Positions 29,341 through 40,237 of a stretch of 53,243 bases of DNA are shown piece by piece. The notes below the pieces were generated by a model. That model searched no databases, was not told where the DNA came from, and worked only from the letters and a program-made list of their open reading frames with translations. This DNA comes from an uncultured Lachnospiraceae bacterium (GTDB lineage Bacteria; Bacillota; Clostridia; Christensenellales; UBA1242): positions 1 to 53,243 of the forward strand of contig CAZFRA010000005.1 of assembly GCA_964521165.1 (NCBI GenBank), given 5' to 3'. Position numbers and translations under genes: made by a program. Numbering within the stretch: position 1 is the first letter of the stretch; every line of letters starts with the position of its first letter.

Positions 29341-31274
29341 AAAACCCTTTTAAACATCTTCTCAAAATCTTTTTTGGTTATCTTCACAACAATAGGTCGA
29401 CCGTGCGGGCAAAGCAAAACACCCGTTTTCATTTCTTCAATAAGATAAGCAATTTCATCTTTTGTGACACTATCGCCAGCACGAATAGCATGTTTGCAAG
29501 CCGTTTGGCAGAGTTTTTCGTTTATATAGTCGCTAGCACTCTTATCACCTAGAGTTTCGTCGCTTAAAATATCGTCAATAAATTTTTTGCAAGAGAGTCC
29601 TGAAAGCACAAAAGGAATTGTTTTTATCTTAAAATCTTGTCCATTTTCTTCAATTTCAAAACCTATTTGCTTTAAATTGTCAATTTTATCCAAAAACTTT
29701 TTAGTATCTTCAAATTGCAAAGAAAATTCATATGGAAAAAGTAAATCTTGTTTTGTTATTTTATGCCCGTTAATCTCCTTCTTTAACTTGTCATAAAGTT
29801 GTCGCTCGTGCATTGCGTGTTGGTCAATAACATAAACACTATCGCCGTATTCCGTCAAAATATATGTCTTAAAAATCACACCAACAATCTTGATATCCGC
29901 ACCTTCTGTAAGGAAAGTTTCTTCCTTTACTTCTTCCTTTTCTTCTCTTTTTTCTTCAGTAGGAATCACAGGAGGTAATTCAGTTAGGTCAATTTCTTCA
30001 ATCATCCTGTCTCCCGATTGACTGAAAAACAAACTTCCATTTGGTTCTTTTTTTCGGTCATCGCTCTTAATAAAGGAAAATTTATTGATAATGTCGACAC
30101 CTTTCTTTTCAAGTTCTTTCGTATTGACAAGTTTTTTGTCGACGATATCCACAGAAACATCATTTGTCTTTCCATCATCTTTAGAAAATTGATTAGTTTG
30201 AAGTTCACTCGAAAAAGATGTTCGGCGAAGATCTTCATTTTTTATATTAAAAGAATTGAAATCCTCTTCATTAGGGAAATCAGCAATAATATTTGCACCT
30301 ATAAGAGCATTTTCAATCGCCTTTCTTATAACGATAAAAATTTTGGAATTTTCTTGAAATTTTACTTCCTTTTTATTAGGATGAACATTAACATCTACGC
30401 GGTCGTATGGAATTTTAAGATTCAAAATATAAGCAGGAAAACGGTTTTTCATTAAAAAATGTTCGAAAACGCTTTGCACGCAGGCAGATATTTGGAAATT
30501 AACCACATATCGCCCGTTGACAAAAAGTGTTTGATAGGTTCTGTTCGGTCTTGAAACTTTTGGCGAAGTCACATAACCACTCACTTCCACACCGTCCACT
30601 TTGTGACTAACCGTCAACAAGTTTTCGTAAACTTCGCGTCCATAGATTTGGTAGATAACATCTTTGAGATTGTCCGCTTGACTCATATATACGCACTTTT
30701 CGTCGGCGTAATATTCAAAAGAGATTTCCGGATGCGCCAACATAAATTTTTCGACAATATTCGTCACTTCACCTTCTTCAAGTTTTGGTCTTTTCAAAAA
30801 TTTGGCACGAGCCGGAGTGTTAAAGAAAAGATTGCGAACGCAAATGCTTGTTCCTTTCGCAAAAGCAATTTCGCTAATCTTGGAAATATCTCCGCCGTTT
30901 GCTTCAATCATATAACCACTTTCCGCATCTTCCGTTTTTGTGGAGAGTGTACACATTGAAACCGAAGCAATACTCGCCAGTGCTTCCCCGCGGAAACCAA
31001 GAGTGGCAATCGTGTCCAAGTCATCGACATCACGAATCTTGCTTGTTGCGTGCGGCGTGAACGCCATCGGCATATCATCTTTTTCAATTCCCGAACCGTT
31101 ATCGGTCACGGTGATTTCTTTGATACCGCCTTCCAAAATCTCAATTTTGATTTTAGTTGCCCCAGCGTCTATACTGTTCTCAACAAGTTCTTTCACAACA
31201 CTTGCCGGGCGCTCAACCACTTCACCGGCAGCAATACGATTGTAAATTCGTGGTGATAAAAGGTTAATTTTCAT
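29337..31274 (-). CDS. mutL: DNA mismatch repair endonuclease MutL
   Basis: IAAGEVVERP, GFRGEALASI, DQHAMHER, ACK, CPHGRP. Confidence 0.97.
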   Translation of the reverse strand: MKINLLSPRIYNRIAAGEVVERPASVVKELVENSIDAGATKIKIEILEGGIKEITVTDNGSGIEKDDMPMAFTPHATSKIRDVDDLDTIATLGFRGEALASIASVSMCTLSTKTEDAESGYMIEANGGDISKISEIAFAKGTSICVRNLFFNTPARAKFLKRPKLEEGEVTNIVEKFMLAHPEISFEYYADEKCVYMSQADNLKDVIYQIYGREVYENLLTVSHKVDGVEVSGYVTSPKVSRPNRTYQTLFVNGRYVVNFQISACVQSVFEHFLMKNRFPAYILNLKIPYDRVDVNVHPNKKEVKFQENSKIFIVIRKAIENALIGANIIADFPNEEDFNSFNIKNEDLRRTSFSSELQTNQFSKDDGKTNDVSVDIVDKKLVNTKELEKKGVDIINKFSFIKSDDRKKEPNGSLFFSQSGDRMIEEIDLTELPPVIPTEEKREEKEEVKEETFLTEGADIKIVGVIFKTYILTEYGDSVYVIDQHAMHERQLYDKLKKEINGHKITKQDLLFPYEFSLQFEDTKKFLDKIDNLKQIGFEIEENGQDFKIKTIPFVLSGLSCKKFIDDILSDETLGDKSASDYINEKLCQTACKHAIRAGDSVTKDEIAYLIEEMKTGVLLCPHGRPIVVKITKKDFEKMFKRVL

Positions 31275-31284
31275 AAAAAACTCC

Positions 31285-33891
31285 TTATTCTTTTGATTTT
31301 TCCACCAAATCGTTTAAAATTTCAAAACTTTCCATTGGCGACACTCGGTTCATATCAATATCCTTTAATATAGACAAAAGTTTTAAGCCAAGTTTGGAAT
31401 TTTTATCCGCCTTTTGTCGCTCTTCGTCTTCCGAAAATATGTCAAGGTCAAGTTTTTCATTCACTTTTTCAAGATTTTTGCTTATTTCTTTCGCTCTTTC
31501 AATCACAACTTCTGGAACGCCTGCAAGTTCAGCAACTTCCACACCAAAACTTTTGCTAGCGTGACCGCGAATAATCTTTCTCAAAAAAACAATTTTGTCG
31601 CCCACTTCTTTGACGGTGATTTTATAATTCTTCACACCCGCAATCACACCTTCAAGTTCAGAAAGTTCGTGATAATGTGTGGCAAAAAGTGTTTTAGATT
31701 TAAGATTTTTGGCGATATACTCCACCACTGCCCAAGCAATAGCCAAACCATCAAAAGTGGAAGTTCCACGTCCAATCTCGTCCAAGATAACCAAACTTTC
31801 GGTTGTGGCATTAGCAAGAATATTGGCAACTTCGCTCATTTCCACCATAAAAGTTGACTGCCCAAAAGCAAGGTCGTCGCTTGCGCCAACACGCGTAAAA
31901 ATTCTGTCGGTTATGGCAATTTCTGCTGATTTTGCCGGCACAAAACTGCCAAGATGCGCCATAAAAGTGATGATAGCAACTTGACGCATATATGTGCTTT
32001 TCCCCGCCATATTAGGACCCGTGATAATCATCATTTTGTTATCATCACAATCCAAAACAGTATCGTTTGCAATAAAATTCGAATTTTTAACAAACTGCTC
32101 AACAATTGGATGTCGCCCGTCGACAATTTTGATTGATTTAACATTTTTGTTAATAGTCGGTCTGACAAAATTGTATTTCACCGCACATTCGGCAAAAGAT
32201 AACAACATATCAATCTCCGCAATAATTTTTGCGACAATTTGGAATGATTTGATAAAGTCGACGAGATATTCAACAAGCGCAGTGTAAATTTTTCTTTCCA
32301 GTTTGATAATTTTCTCTTCTGCTGTTTCAATTTTTTCTTCTAGTTCGACAAGTTCTTGTGTGACATATCTTTCGCTGTTAGCAAGAGTTTGTCGGCGTTG
32401 ATAGCGAATTGGCACCATTTCACTTTGAAGTTTGCTCACTTCAATATAATATCCAAAAACACTGTTATATCCAATTTTTAGGGTCTTAATTCCTGTTGCT
32501 TCTTTCTCGCGTTTTTCAAGTTCTCTTATCCATTCTTTGCCGTTATTTTTGATACTTCGAAGTTCATCCAACTCTTCATTGAAGTTGTCGCCAATATATC
32601 CACCATCTCTTAAAACTGCCGGTGGTTGTTCCTTTATGGCATTTTTAAGAAGTGTGGCAACTTCCGAAAAATCTTCAATTTCGTTACAAAGTGAAGCAAT
32701 TTTTCTACTCTTACAAGAGTTTAGCGTTTTCTTAATATCCGGCAAAATAGCAAGTGATTTCCCAAGGTTAACCAAATCTTTTGGCATCACATCGCCATAA
32801 CCAATTTTGCCACTTATTCTCTCAATATCATAAATCTGTTTTAATTCTTCCGAAAGGCTATCTCTCAAAATTAAATTTTTTGTCAACTCTTCGACGCTGT
32901 CGAGATTTTGATTGATAATTTTATCATCTTTCGACGGCTTATCAAAATTTTCTCGAAAACGTCGCGCCCCCATACTTGTTTTGGTTTTATCCAAAAGCCA
33001 TAAAAGACTGCCATATTTTTTATGTTCGCGAATACTCTCCACAAGTTCCAAATTGCGTCTTGTGTTCATATCGATAATAAGATGATTTTCATTGATGTGT
33101 TTGTTTATTTTATTGATATTTTTTATTGAGCGCTTTTGTGTTTCATTGAGATATTCAATCAGCGCACCGATACCAATAACATCAAGATTGTTTTTTATTT
33201 CAAAAACTTTCAGAGCGTTTTCACCAAACTGTTTTAAAATGTTTGCTTGACACTTGTCCAAAACATAAACATATTCATAATACTCTTCGAATTTTGGGAA
33301 ACTACCCGAATTGATGATTGGTAATTCTTCGTAAAACTCCTTTGCTTCGCGATTTCCAACAACTTCGCTTGGCATTAAAACTGTGAAAAGGTCGGAAAAA
33401 TTTGCTTCCAAAGAAGATGTGAAGTGATAGAGATGCACTTCACCCGTCGTTATGTCGCAATATGTCACCACAAGATTTTCGCGCTCTTTGAAAAGACACA
33501 TTATATAATTATTCTTTCTCTCGTCCAACATACTTTCTTCGGTGACTGTGCCCGGCGTTATCACTCTGATAACATCTCTTTCGACAATTTTGCCAGGTTT
33601 AGGGTCGGTTAACTGCTCGCAAATCGCCACCTTATATCCTAGCTGAACAAGTTTGGCAATGTATCCTTCGGCGGCGTGATAAGGCACACCACACATTGGC
33701 GCGCGTTCTTCTCGCCCACAATTTTTGCCAGTTAAAGTTAAGTCTAAAACTTTGGATATCTCAATCGCATCTTCGTTAAAAAGTTCATAAAAGTCGCCAA
33801 GACGATAAAAGAGAATGCAATCTTTGTATTGCTCCTTCAAATTTTCATAGTGAATCATCATTGGCGAAGTTTTCTCGTTTTTATCAATCAT
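31285..33891 (-). CDS. mutS: DNA mismatch repair protein MutS
   Basis: GDFYELF, TGPNMAGKSTYMRQ, STFMVEM, DEIGRGTST, ATHYHEL. Confidence 0.97.
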   Translation of the reverse strand: MIDKNEKTSPMMIHYENLKEQYKDCILFYRLGDFYELFNEDAIEISKVLDLTLTGKNCGREERAPMCGVPYHAAEGYIAKLVQLGYKVAICEQLTDPKPGKIVERDVIRVITPGTVTEESMLDERKNNYIMCLFKERENLVVTYCDITTGEVHLYHFTSSLEANFSDLFTVLMPSEVVGNREAKEFYEELPIINSGSFPKFEEYYEYVYVLDKCQANILKQFGENALKVFEIKNNLDVIGIGALIEYLNETQKRSIKNINKINKHINENHLIIDMNTRRNLELVESIREHKKYGSLLWLLDKTKTSMGARRFRENFDKPSKDDKIINQNLDSVEELTKNLILRDSLSEELKQIYDIERISGKIGYGDVMPKDLVNLGKSLAILPDIKKTLNSCKSRKIASLCNEIEDFSEVATLLKNAIKEQPPAVLRDGGYIGDNFNEELDELRSIKNNGKEWIRELEKREKEATGIKTLKIGYNSVFGYYIEVSKLQSEMVPIRYQRRQTLANSERYVTQELVELEEKIETAEEKIIKLERKIYTALVEYLVDFIKSFQIVAKIIAEIDMLLSFAECAVKYNFVRPTINKNVKSIKIVDGRHPIVEQFVKNSNFIANDTVLDCDDNKMMIITGPNMAGKSTYMRQVAIITFMAHLGSFVPAKSAEIAITDRIFTRVGASDDLAFGQSTFMVEMSEVANILANATTESLVILDEIGRGTSTFDGLAIAWAVVEYIAKNLKSKTLFATHYHELSELEGVIAGVKNYKITVKEVGDKIVFLRKIIRGHASKSFGVEVAELAGVPEVVIERAKEISKNLEKVNEKLDLDIFSEDEERQKADKNSKLGLKLLSILKDIDMNRVSPMESFEILNDLVEKSKE

Positions 33892-35009
33892 TTTTTCTTT
33901 TCCTTTTGAATTTCTTTTTCAAGTTTTAAAAGAGCGTTAACTCTCTTTCGCTTTGTTTTTTCATCAATTTGTCCGTCCATATTTTCCGCCACCGTTCCTT
34001 CGCGCGGAGAGTACATAAAAGCAAAAATGGCGTCAAACTTCACTTCTCTCACCAAACTCATTGTATCTTCAAATTCTTCTTCCGTTTCGGTTGGAAAGCC
34101 GACGATGAAATCCGAAGTTATTCTCGCGTTTGGAATTTTTTCGCGTATTTTTTTGATAATTTCCAAATATTTCTCACGAGTATATTTTCTGTTCATAAGT
34201 TTCAAAATTCGATTATTTCCACTTTGAGCAGGAAGATGAATTTCTTTCAAAATCTTATCTTCACTCGCAATCGCGTCAATCACATCTTCGTTTAAATCTT
34301 TTGGATGTGAAGTCATAAAAGAAAGTTTAAAATCGCCATCGAGTGCGCAAATCTTTTTCAAAAGTTGAGCAAAGTTTTCACCATTTTTAAGGTCACTACC
34401 ATAGGAATTGACATTTTGACCAAGAAGAGTAATTTTTTTATATTTCCCTTCGCTGATAATCTCTTTTATCTCCTTCAAAATCTTTTCTTCACTTCGACTT
34501 TTCTCGCGTCCACGAACATACGGCACGATACAATATGTACAAAAATTGTTACATCCTTGCATTATATTCACCCAAGCGTTATCACCGCTTGTTCGCTTAT
34601 ATGGCACACTTTCGTCGACACCACCTTCTTTTTTGATATCGAGTTGCCTGCCGAATTTAACAGCGTTTATGTAATATTCAAAATTTGGAAGATTGAAAGT
34701 GCCAATCACGATATCCACAAACGGAAAAGTGCGCATAATATAATCCGCCGTGTTTTCCTTTTGCGTCATACACCCACAAACTGCAATAATAACATTAGGA
34801 CGGCGTTTTTTAAGTTTTTTCAGCGCGCCAACATTACCAAAAACTCTATCTTCTGCACCTTCGCGAACGGCACAAGTATTAAAAATAATAAGGTCGGCAT
34901 CTTCTCTTTTATCAGTCAGCACATACCCTATTTTCTCACAAATATACGCCAATTTTTCGCTTTCGTGGACATTCATTTGACAGCCATAAGTCACTATAAT
35001 ATATTTCAT
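33888..35009 (-). CDS. miaB: tRNA-i6A37 methylthiotransferase MiaB lacking the TRAM domain
   Basis: TYGCQMN, NTCAVRE, GCNNFCTYCIVPYVRG, TSHP, YSPREGT. Leaderless start after TTGCCA-17-TATAAT. Confidence 0.92.
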   Translation of the reverse strand: MKYIIVTYGCQMNVHESEKLAYICEKIGYVLTDKREDADLIIFNTCAVREGAEDRVFGNVGALKKLKKRRPNVIIAVCGCMTQKENTADYIMRTFPFVDIVIGTFNLPNFEYYINAVKFGRQLDIKKEGGVDESVPYKRTSGDNAWVNIMQGCNNFCTYCIVPYVRGREKSRSEEKILKEIKEIISEGKYKKITLLGQNVNSYGSDLKNGENFAQLLKKICALDGDFKLSFMTSHPKDLNEDVIDAIASEDKILKEIHLPAQSGNNRILKLMNRKYTREKYLEIIKKIREKIPNARITSDFIVGFPTETEEEFEDTMSLVREVKFDAIFAFMYSPREGTVAENMDGQIDEKTKRKRVNALLKLEKEIQKEKKK

Positions 35010-35089
35010 AATATATATTATACATAAAAAAAGCAAATTTGGCAAGAAGTAAAGTGTATTTTTAAGAAAAATCGAAACATACTAGAAAA

Positions 35090-37336
35090 ATGAAGAAAAT
35101 TGTCAAAATATGTCTTAGCACAGTATTTTTACTCCTTTTCTCTGTTGTTTGTTTTTGCGGAACATATTTTATCGTTTCTTATGTCAAATTTTCAAATTTA
35201 GAGTTGGATGTGGACGCATTAACTTCGCCGAGTTTGGAGATTGAAGTATTCGACAGTGGCGGCAATATTATGGACGAAGAAAACAATTTTAACAGCAAAT
35301 ATGTGGAAATTGAAAATTTGAGTGAAGATACCAAAAGTGCTTTTTTGAGTATTGAAGACAAAGAATTTTATAATCACAAAGGCATTAATAAAAAACGAAT
35401 TTTGAAGGCATTGTATAACAACCTAAAATCTTTTTCCTTGAAAGAAGGTGCTTCGACAATAAGTCAACAACTCGTCAAAAACACACACCTATCAAACGAA
35501 AAAACTTTTGAAAGAAAGATAAAAGAAGTGGTTTTAACGAAAAAATTGGAAAAAGAGTTCTCAAAGGATGAAATTTTGGAATTTTATCTCAACATAATCT
35601 ATTTTGGTAATAATTGCTATGGAATTGAAAGTGCTTCCAATTTCTATTTTAACAAAAATGCCGAAGATTTAACTTTAAACGAAAGTGCTCTCCTTGCTGG
35701 ACTCATAAAATCGCCGAATAAATACTCTCCCATTTCACATCCCGACAATGCGCTCAAAAGACGAAATTTGGTGCTGAAAGAAATGGAAAAAGATGAGAAA
35801 ATCTCGGCAAATGAATATATCCAAAACAGCACAAAGGAAATTCAACTCGACATTCACAAGGACTCCGGCAACAAAATCAACACCTATTCGCAAGCAAGTA
35901 TTGATGAAGCGATAAAAATTCTAAATTTGCCAGCAAAACAGATTGCCATTGGTGGATTTAAAATATACACTTATCAAGATGAGCAAAAACAAGAAAATTT
36001 AAACAACTCGCTGTCGAGTGTCGATTTTAAAGGCACCGACTATGCAGGCATCGTTATCGATAATCACAGCCACGGTGTTTTGGCGTATAGCGGAAGTGGC
36101 GCTTATAAAATTTTGGATGTCAAACGGCAAGTTGGTTCAACAATTAAACCAATTCTCGTTTATGCACCGGCATTTAACGAAAATGTCATCTCACCCGAAA
36201 CCGAAATTCTCGACGAAAAAGTAACGATTGGAGATTACTCGCCGAGCAATGTTGGTGAAAAATATAGCGGATATATAAGAGTGGCAGACGCTGTTAAAAA
36301 GTCGGTAAATACCGTTGCAATCAAGGTGTTAAGTTATATTGGCATCGACACTGGGAAGATGTATGCCGAGAAATTAGGTTTTGAATTTGACGAACGTGAT
36401 GACAGTTATTCTCTCGCTCTCGGCGGAATGACCTATGGCGAAGACCTTAAAACGTTGACCAATGCTTACACCGCCTTTGCCAACGGTGGAAATTATGATG
36501 ACGCCGTCTTCATTTCGCATATTATCGACAAAAATGGTAAAGTTGTTTATCAACATAAAGTTAATGAAAAAATGGTTTTTCGAGAAGACACCGCCTTCCT
36601 TATGACTGAAGTTTTGAAGGAAACAGCAAAAGACGGCACGGCGAAAAAATTATCAAACATTACTAACACCGAAATTGCTTCAAAAACTGGAACAGTTGGC
36701 AAGAATAGCAACACCGACGCTTTCAATATTTCCTACACACCCGACTATGCAATAGGCATTTGGTGCGGCAATTTGGATAACGAAAAAATGCAAATAAACG
36801 GCGGTAATGAACCAACGGAAGTTGTTCGAAATTTTGTTCAAAAAACGACACATAAGAATAAAAAGTTCGCCGAAACAAGTTTGGTCACACAAGCGAAAAT
36901 TGACCTTTTGGAAAAAGAAAAAAATCACAGAATTGTGCTTGCCACACCAAACACTCCGGAAAGATACACCAAAATTGCCACTTTTTCTCGATTTAATATG
37001 CCAAGCGAAATATCCACGAATTTTGTCGAATTGAAAGAGATAAACGCCAGCATAAAGCGCGAAAGTAACACAACTTTTCTTCTCTTGCAAACCGAAAAAC
37101 AGAACACCTACGACATTTTTATTAATGGCGAATTTTATCGCACAATCAAAGAAAAAAATGAAGAGATAAAAATTTCTCTTCCTTTGAGCAGAACAGAAAA
37201 TGAGATAAAAATAGTCGAATATTTCACAAATTTTGATGATTCGATGAAAAAAGAAAAGGTTTTTGAAGTGGAAAATAAAAACTCGTGGTTCTATGAGAAA
37301 AACGAAAAAATTAAAAAAGACAAATGGTATATTTAA
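35090..37336 (+). CDS. class A penicillin-binding protein (transglycosylase/transpeptidase)
   Basis: EDKEFYNHKG, GASTISQQLVKN, STIK, SVN, KTG. Confidence 0.94.
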   Translation: MKKIVKICLSTVFLLLFSVVCFCGTYFIVSYVKFSNLELDVDALTSPSLEIEVFDSGGNIMDEENNFNSKYVEIENLSEDTKSAFLSIEDKEFYNHKGINKKRILKALYNNLKSFSLKEGASTISQQLVKNTHLSNEKTFERKIKEVVLTKKLEKEFSKDEILEFYLNIIYFGNNCYGIESASNFYFNKNAEDLTLNESALLAGLIKSPNKYSPISHPDNALKRRNLVLKEMEKDEKISANEYIQNSTKEIQLDIHKDSGNKINTYSQASIDEAIKILNLPAKQIAIGGFKIYTYQDEQKQENLNNSLSSVDFKGTDYAGIVIDNHSHGVLAYSGSGAYKILDVKRQVGSTIKPILVYAPAFNENVISPETEILDEKVTIGDYSPSNVGEKYSGYIRVADAVKKSVNTVAIKVLSYIGIDTGKMYAEKLGFEFDERDDSYSLALGGMTYGEDLKTLTNAYTAFANGGNYDDAVFISHIIDKNGKVVYQHKVNEKMVFREDTAFLMTEVLKETAKDGTAKKLSNITNTEIASKTGTVGKNSNTDAFNISYTPDYAIGIWCGNLDNEKMQINGGNEPTEVVRNFVQKTTHKNKKFAETSLVTQAKIDLLEKEKNHRIVLATPNTPERYTKIATFSRFNMPSEISTNFVELKEINASIKRESNTTFLLLQTEKQNTYDIFINGEFYRTIKEKNEEIKISLPLSRTENEIKIVEYFTNFDDSMKKEKVFEVENKNSWFYEKNEKIKKDKWYI

Positions 37337-37454
37337 AAAATATAAAAAATTGCAAGAAAAAATGATAAAAAATTAAAAAAACACTAAAATTTATAAAAAA
37401 ATGACACTTTCAAAAAGTCAAAATAAAAAACATTTATATTTTTAAACTAGTAAA

Positions 37455-37490
37455 AAAGATAGTGACTTAAATTTCACTATCTCTTTTTTT
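37455..37490. terminator. bidirectional terminator
   Basis: AGATAGTGA-cttaaatt-TCACTATCT plus T run. Confidence 0.65.
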
Positions 37491-37523
37491 GGTTTCAAAA
37501 TTATTGATACGTGTCAAAAAGCA

Positions 37524-38312
37524 TCAGTCCATTGAAGCACCGCCGTCAACATTCAATGCCTGCCCTGTGATATGGTTAGCATATTCTGAACACAAGAATA
37601 GCACGGCATATGCTATATCTTCTGATTTTTGGTCACCACGTTCCAGTGGAATAAAATGTTTAAGGTTTTGTTTCCAAGCAGTTTCTCTATCCTGTCCTGC
37701 CTCAACATAACTGTCAAGAATTTTCTCCCACATTGGAGTACGAATAATGCCTGGGCAGATAGAATTTACATTTATATTATAATCTGCACCTGTGTATGCT
37801 GCTGCTTGAGTGAGATAGATTACGGCAGATTTGGTCATACCATAATAAGCAAATCCCTCTTTCATAGCGTGACGACCAGCAAAAGATGATATTGACACTA
37901 TTTTGCCGTGATTATATTTTTGCATACGCTTAATCGCCGCCTGCAAACCATTGCTTGTACCCATTAAGTTGACATCAATAAGTTTTTTAATTTCCTCTTG
38001 AGTGGTTTCAAGAAATGAACCAAGTGTGACAATGCCAGCATTGTTTATAACTATATCCAGCCTACCTGTTTCCTTTTCTGCCTTTTCCATAACAGCATCC
38101 ACATCAGAATAACTGCTCACATCACACTTAACAGATTTTCCTTTATATCCCAATTCTTTCAGTTTATTGACAACATTTTCGCAATTTTCGATTATAATAT
38201 CTGCAATATAAACAGTTGCCCCTGCTTTTGCTAATTCAGTTGCAATGGCCTCGCCAATACCTCTTCCTGCGCCGTAAACTACAGCAGTTTGACCTTGTAA
38301 ATTAATTTTAAT
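37524..38312 (-). CDS. SDR oxidoreductase (polyol/acetoin dehydrogenase-like) with ATT at the start position
   Basis: Frame extends upstream of the track ORF to IKINLQGQTAVVYGAGRGIG. GGGAGG lies 8 nt before ATT 38312. NNAG, YGMTK. Confidence 0.82.
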   Translation of the reverse strand: MKINLQGQTAVVYGAGRGIGEAIATELAKAGATVYIADIIIENCENVVNKLKELGYKGKSVKCDVSSYSDVDAVMEKAEKETGRLDIVINNAGIVTLGSFLETTQEEIKKLIDVNLMGTSNGLQAAIKRMQKYNHGKIVSISSFAGRHAMKEGFAYYGMTKSAVIYLTQAAAYTGADYNINVNSICPGIIRTPMWEKILDSYVEAGQDRETAWKQNLKHFIPLERGDQKSEDIAYAVLFLCSEYANHITGQALNVDGGASMD

Positions 38313-38403
38313 TTTTTTGCCCTCCCTTTATTTAATATATTAAAACTCAACACTATACACAAATATAGGTTGGATTTTAAACTAAAAAATAACCGTCATC
38401 AAA

Positions 38404-39447
38404 TTACTCTTCCACTTCTTCCGTGGCATCAATTGAAACTGTCACTTCTTCCGATTTTTGAGTGGTCATTTCCTTAATCTTTGTTTCAATTTCGTCCATA
38501 AGAGCAGGGTCTTTTTCCAAAGTTGCCTTGGTGTTTTCCTTGCCTTGTCCAATTTTTTCATCGTTATATGAGAACCAAGCGCCCGACTTCTTGATAATAT
38601 TGTAAGTTAATGCCATATCCACAATACAGCCCGATTTAGAAATTCCTTGACCATACATAATGTCAAACTCAGCAGTTCTAAAAGGTGGAGCAAGTTTGTT
38701 TTTAACCACCTTTACTTTTGTTTTATTACCAATAATGTTCGTGCCGTCTTTGATAACATCAACTTTTCTAACATCAAGACGAATGCTTGCGTAGAATTTA
38801 AGTGCCTTACCGCCAGTTGTTGTTTCTGGTGAACCAAACAAAACACCAACTTTTTCACGAAGTTGATTGATGAAAATCACAGTTGTATTGCTCTTGCTCG
38901 TGATTGAAGTGAGTTTACGGAGTGCTTGACTCATCATTCTTGCTTGAAGCCCAACGTGATTATCCCCCATTTCGCCATCAATTTCTGCTTTTGGAGTTAA
39001 TGCAGCAACAGAATCAACCACAATAACTGAAAAGGCACCTGAACGAACAAGTGTGTCACAAATATTTAGCGCCTGCTCGCCATTATCTGGTTGAGAAACA
39101 TAGAGTTCACTTATGTTCACACCAAGTTTTTCAGCATAAACAGGGTCAAGAGCGTGTTCAGCATCGATAAAAGCGCAAGTTCCGCCCAGTTTTTGTGCTT
39201 CGGCAACAATATGCAAAGAAACAGTGGTCTTACCAGACGATTCTGGACCATAAATTTCCACAATTCTTCCACGAGGAAGCCCACCAATGCCAAGTGCAAT
39301 ATCAAGAGTTAAACATCCAGTTGGAATAACATCCACCTTTTGATATTCTCTGTTGCCAAGTTTCATAATTGCACCCTTGCCGAATTGTTTTTCAATCTGA
39401 AGGAGTGCCTCGTCTAAAGACTCTTCTTTTGATTTAACTTTTTCCAT
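38404..39447 (-). CDS. recA: recombinase RecA
   Basis: [38 protein letters not shown]. Confidence 0.98.
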   Translation of the reverse strand: MEKVKSKEESLDEALLQIEKQFGKGAIMKLGNREYQKVDVIPTGCLTLDIALGIGGLPRGRIVEIYGPESSGKTTVSLHIVAEAQKLGGTCAFIDAEHALDPVYAEKLGVNISELYVSQPDNGEQALNICDTLVRSGAFSVIVVDSVAALTPKAEIDGEMGDNHVGLQARMMSQALRKLTSITSKSNTTVIFINQLREKVGVLFGSPETTTGGKALKFYASIRLDVRKVDVIKDGTNIIGNKTKVKVVKNKLAPPFRTAEFDIMYGQGISKSGCIVDMALTYNIIKKSGAWFSYNDEKIGQGKENTKATLEKDPALMDEIETKIKEMTTQKSEEVTVSIDATEEVEE

Positions 39448-39550
39448 TTTTTACCTCACAAATTTCACATATATATTATACTTTAAACGACAGTAATTTT
39501 CAAAATGATTTTAAAGAAAAAATATTTTTCTTACAAAAAAAGCAGAAAAA

Positions 39551-40237
39551 CTATTCTGCTTTCTCACTATCTTTTTCCACTTCTATTTGCGATTCTTCTT
39601 TTTTCTTCTTATCACCTTCAACGAAAACAGCCTTATTTTTGAGAAGATAATTCATCCCCGAAACAATTGTTAAAATAACGGATATCGCGAGCAAAACATA
39701 TCCAACAATTGAGATAACAGTGTTTGGTACACCTTGAATATATGGATAGAACTCTTCAACAATAAAAGCGTAGAGTATATAGTAAACAAGGGTGGCGAAT
39801 TGGAAAACTGCTTTAACTTTGCCATACATGTCGGCAGCAAGCACCACGCCCTTTGAAGCTGCTTGCGCGCGAAGCCCAGTTACAATAAATTCCCTTGCCA
39901 AAATAACAATCACAGCAACAAGACCAACATAAGATGGTATCAAAATTGGCATTGCAATATTGGTGCTTCCGAGTGCAGTGACTGGATAACTTGCGACAAG
40001 AATGAACCCTGCCATAACAAGCAATTTATCAACAAGCGTATCGAGAAATTTACCAAGCGTTGTCACTAAATTATATTTTCTTGCAAAATACCCATCAAGA
40101 AAATCGGTGAAGCACGCAACCAAGAAAACGATTGTGGCGATAAGTTTGCCGTAAGGAATAAAATTCGCGAGATAGAAAAAGATGAAAACCGGAATCAAAA
40201 GCAAGCGACAAATAGTTATTTTATTTGGTAAATTCAT
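39551..40237 (-). CDS. pgsA: CDP-diacylglycerol--glycerol-3-phosphate 3-phosphatidyltransferase
   Basis: MNLPNKIT, TDFLDGYFARK...GKFLD..DK. Confidence 0.94.
   Translation of the reverse strand: MNLPNKITICRLLLIPVFIFFYLANFIPYGKLIATIVFLVACFTDFLDGYFARKYNLVTTLGKFLDTLVDKLLVMAGFILVASYPVTALGSTNIAMPILIPSYVGLVAVIVILAREFIVTGLRAQAASKGVVLAADMYGKVKAVFQFATLVYYILYAFIVEEFYPYIQGVPNTVISIVGYVLLAISVILTIVSGMNYLLKNKAVFVEGDKKKKEESQIEVEKDSEKAE

Noticed and set aside
35001-35030. dif-like palindrome CATAATATATATTAT
   Set aside because: Poor XerD arm; fully explained as the miaB -10 box plus start codon.
39448-39550. LexA (GAAC-N4-GTTC) box upstream of recA
   Set aside because: No match found.
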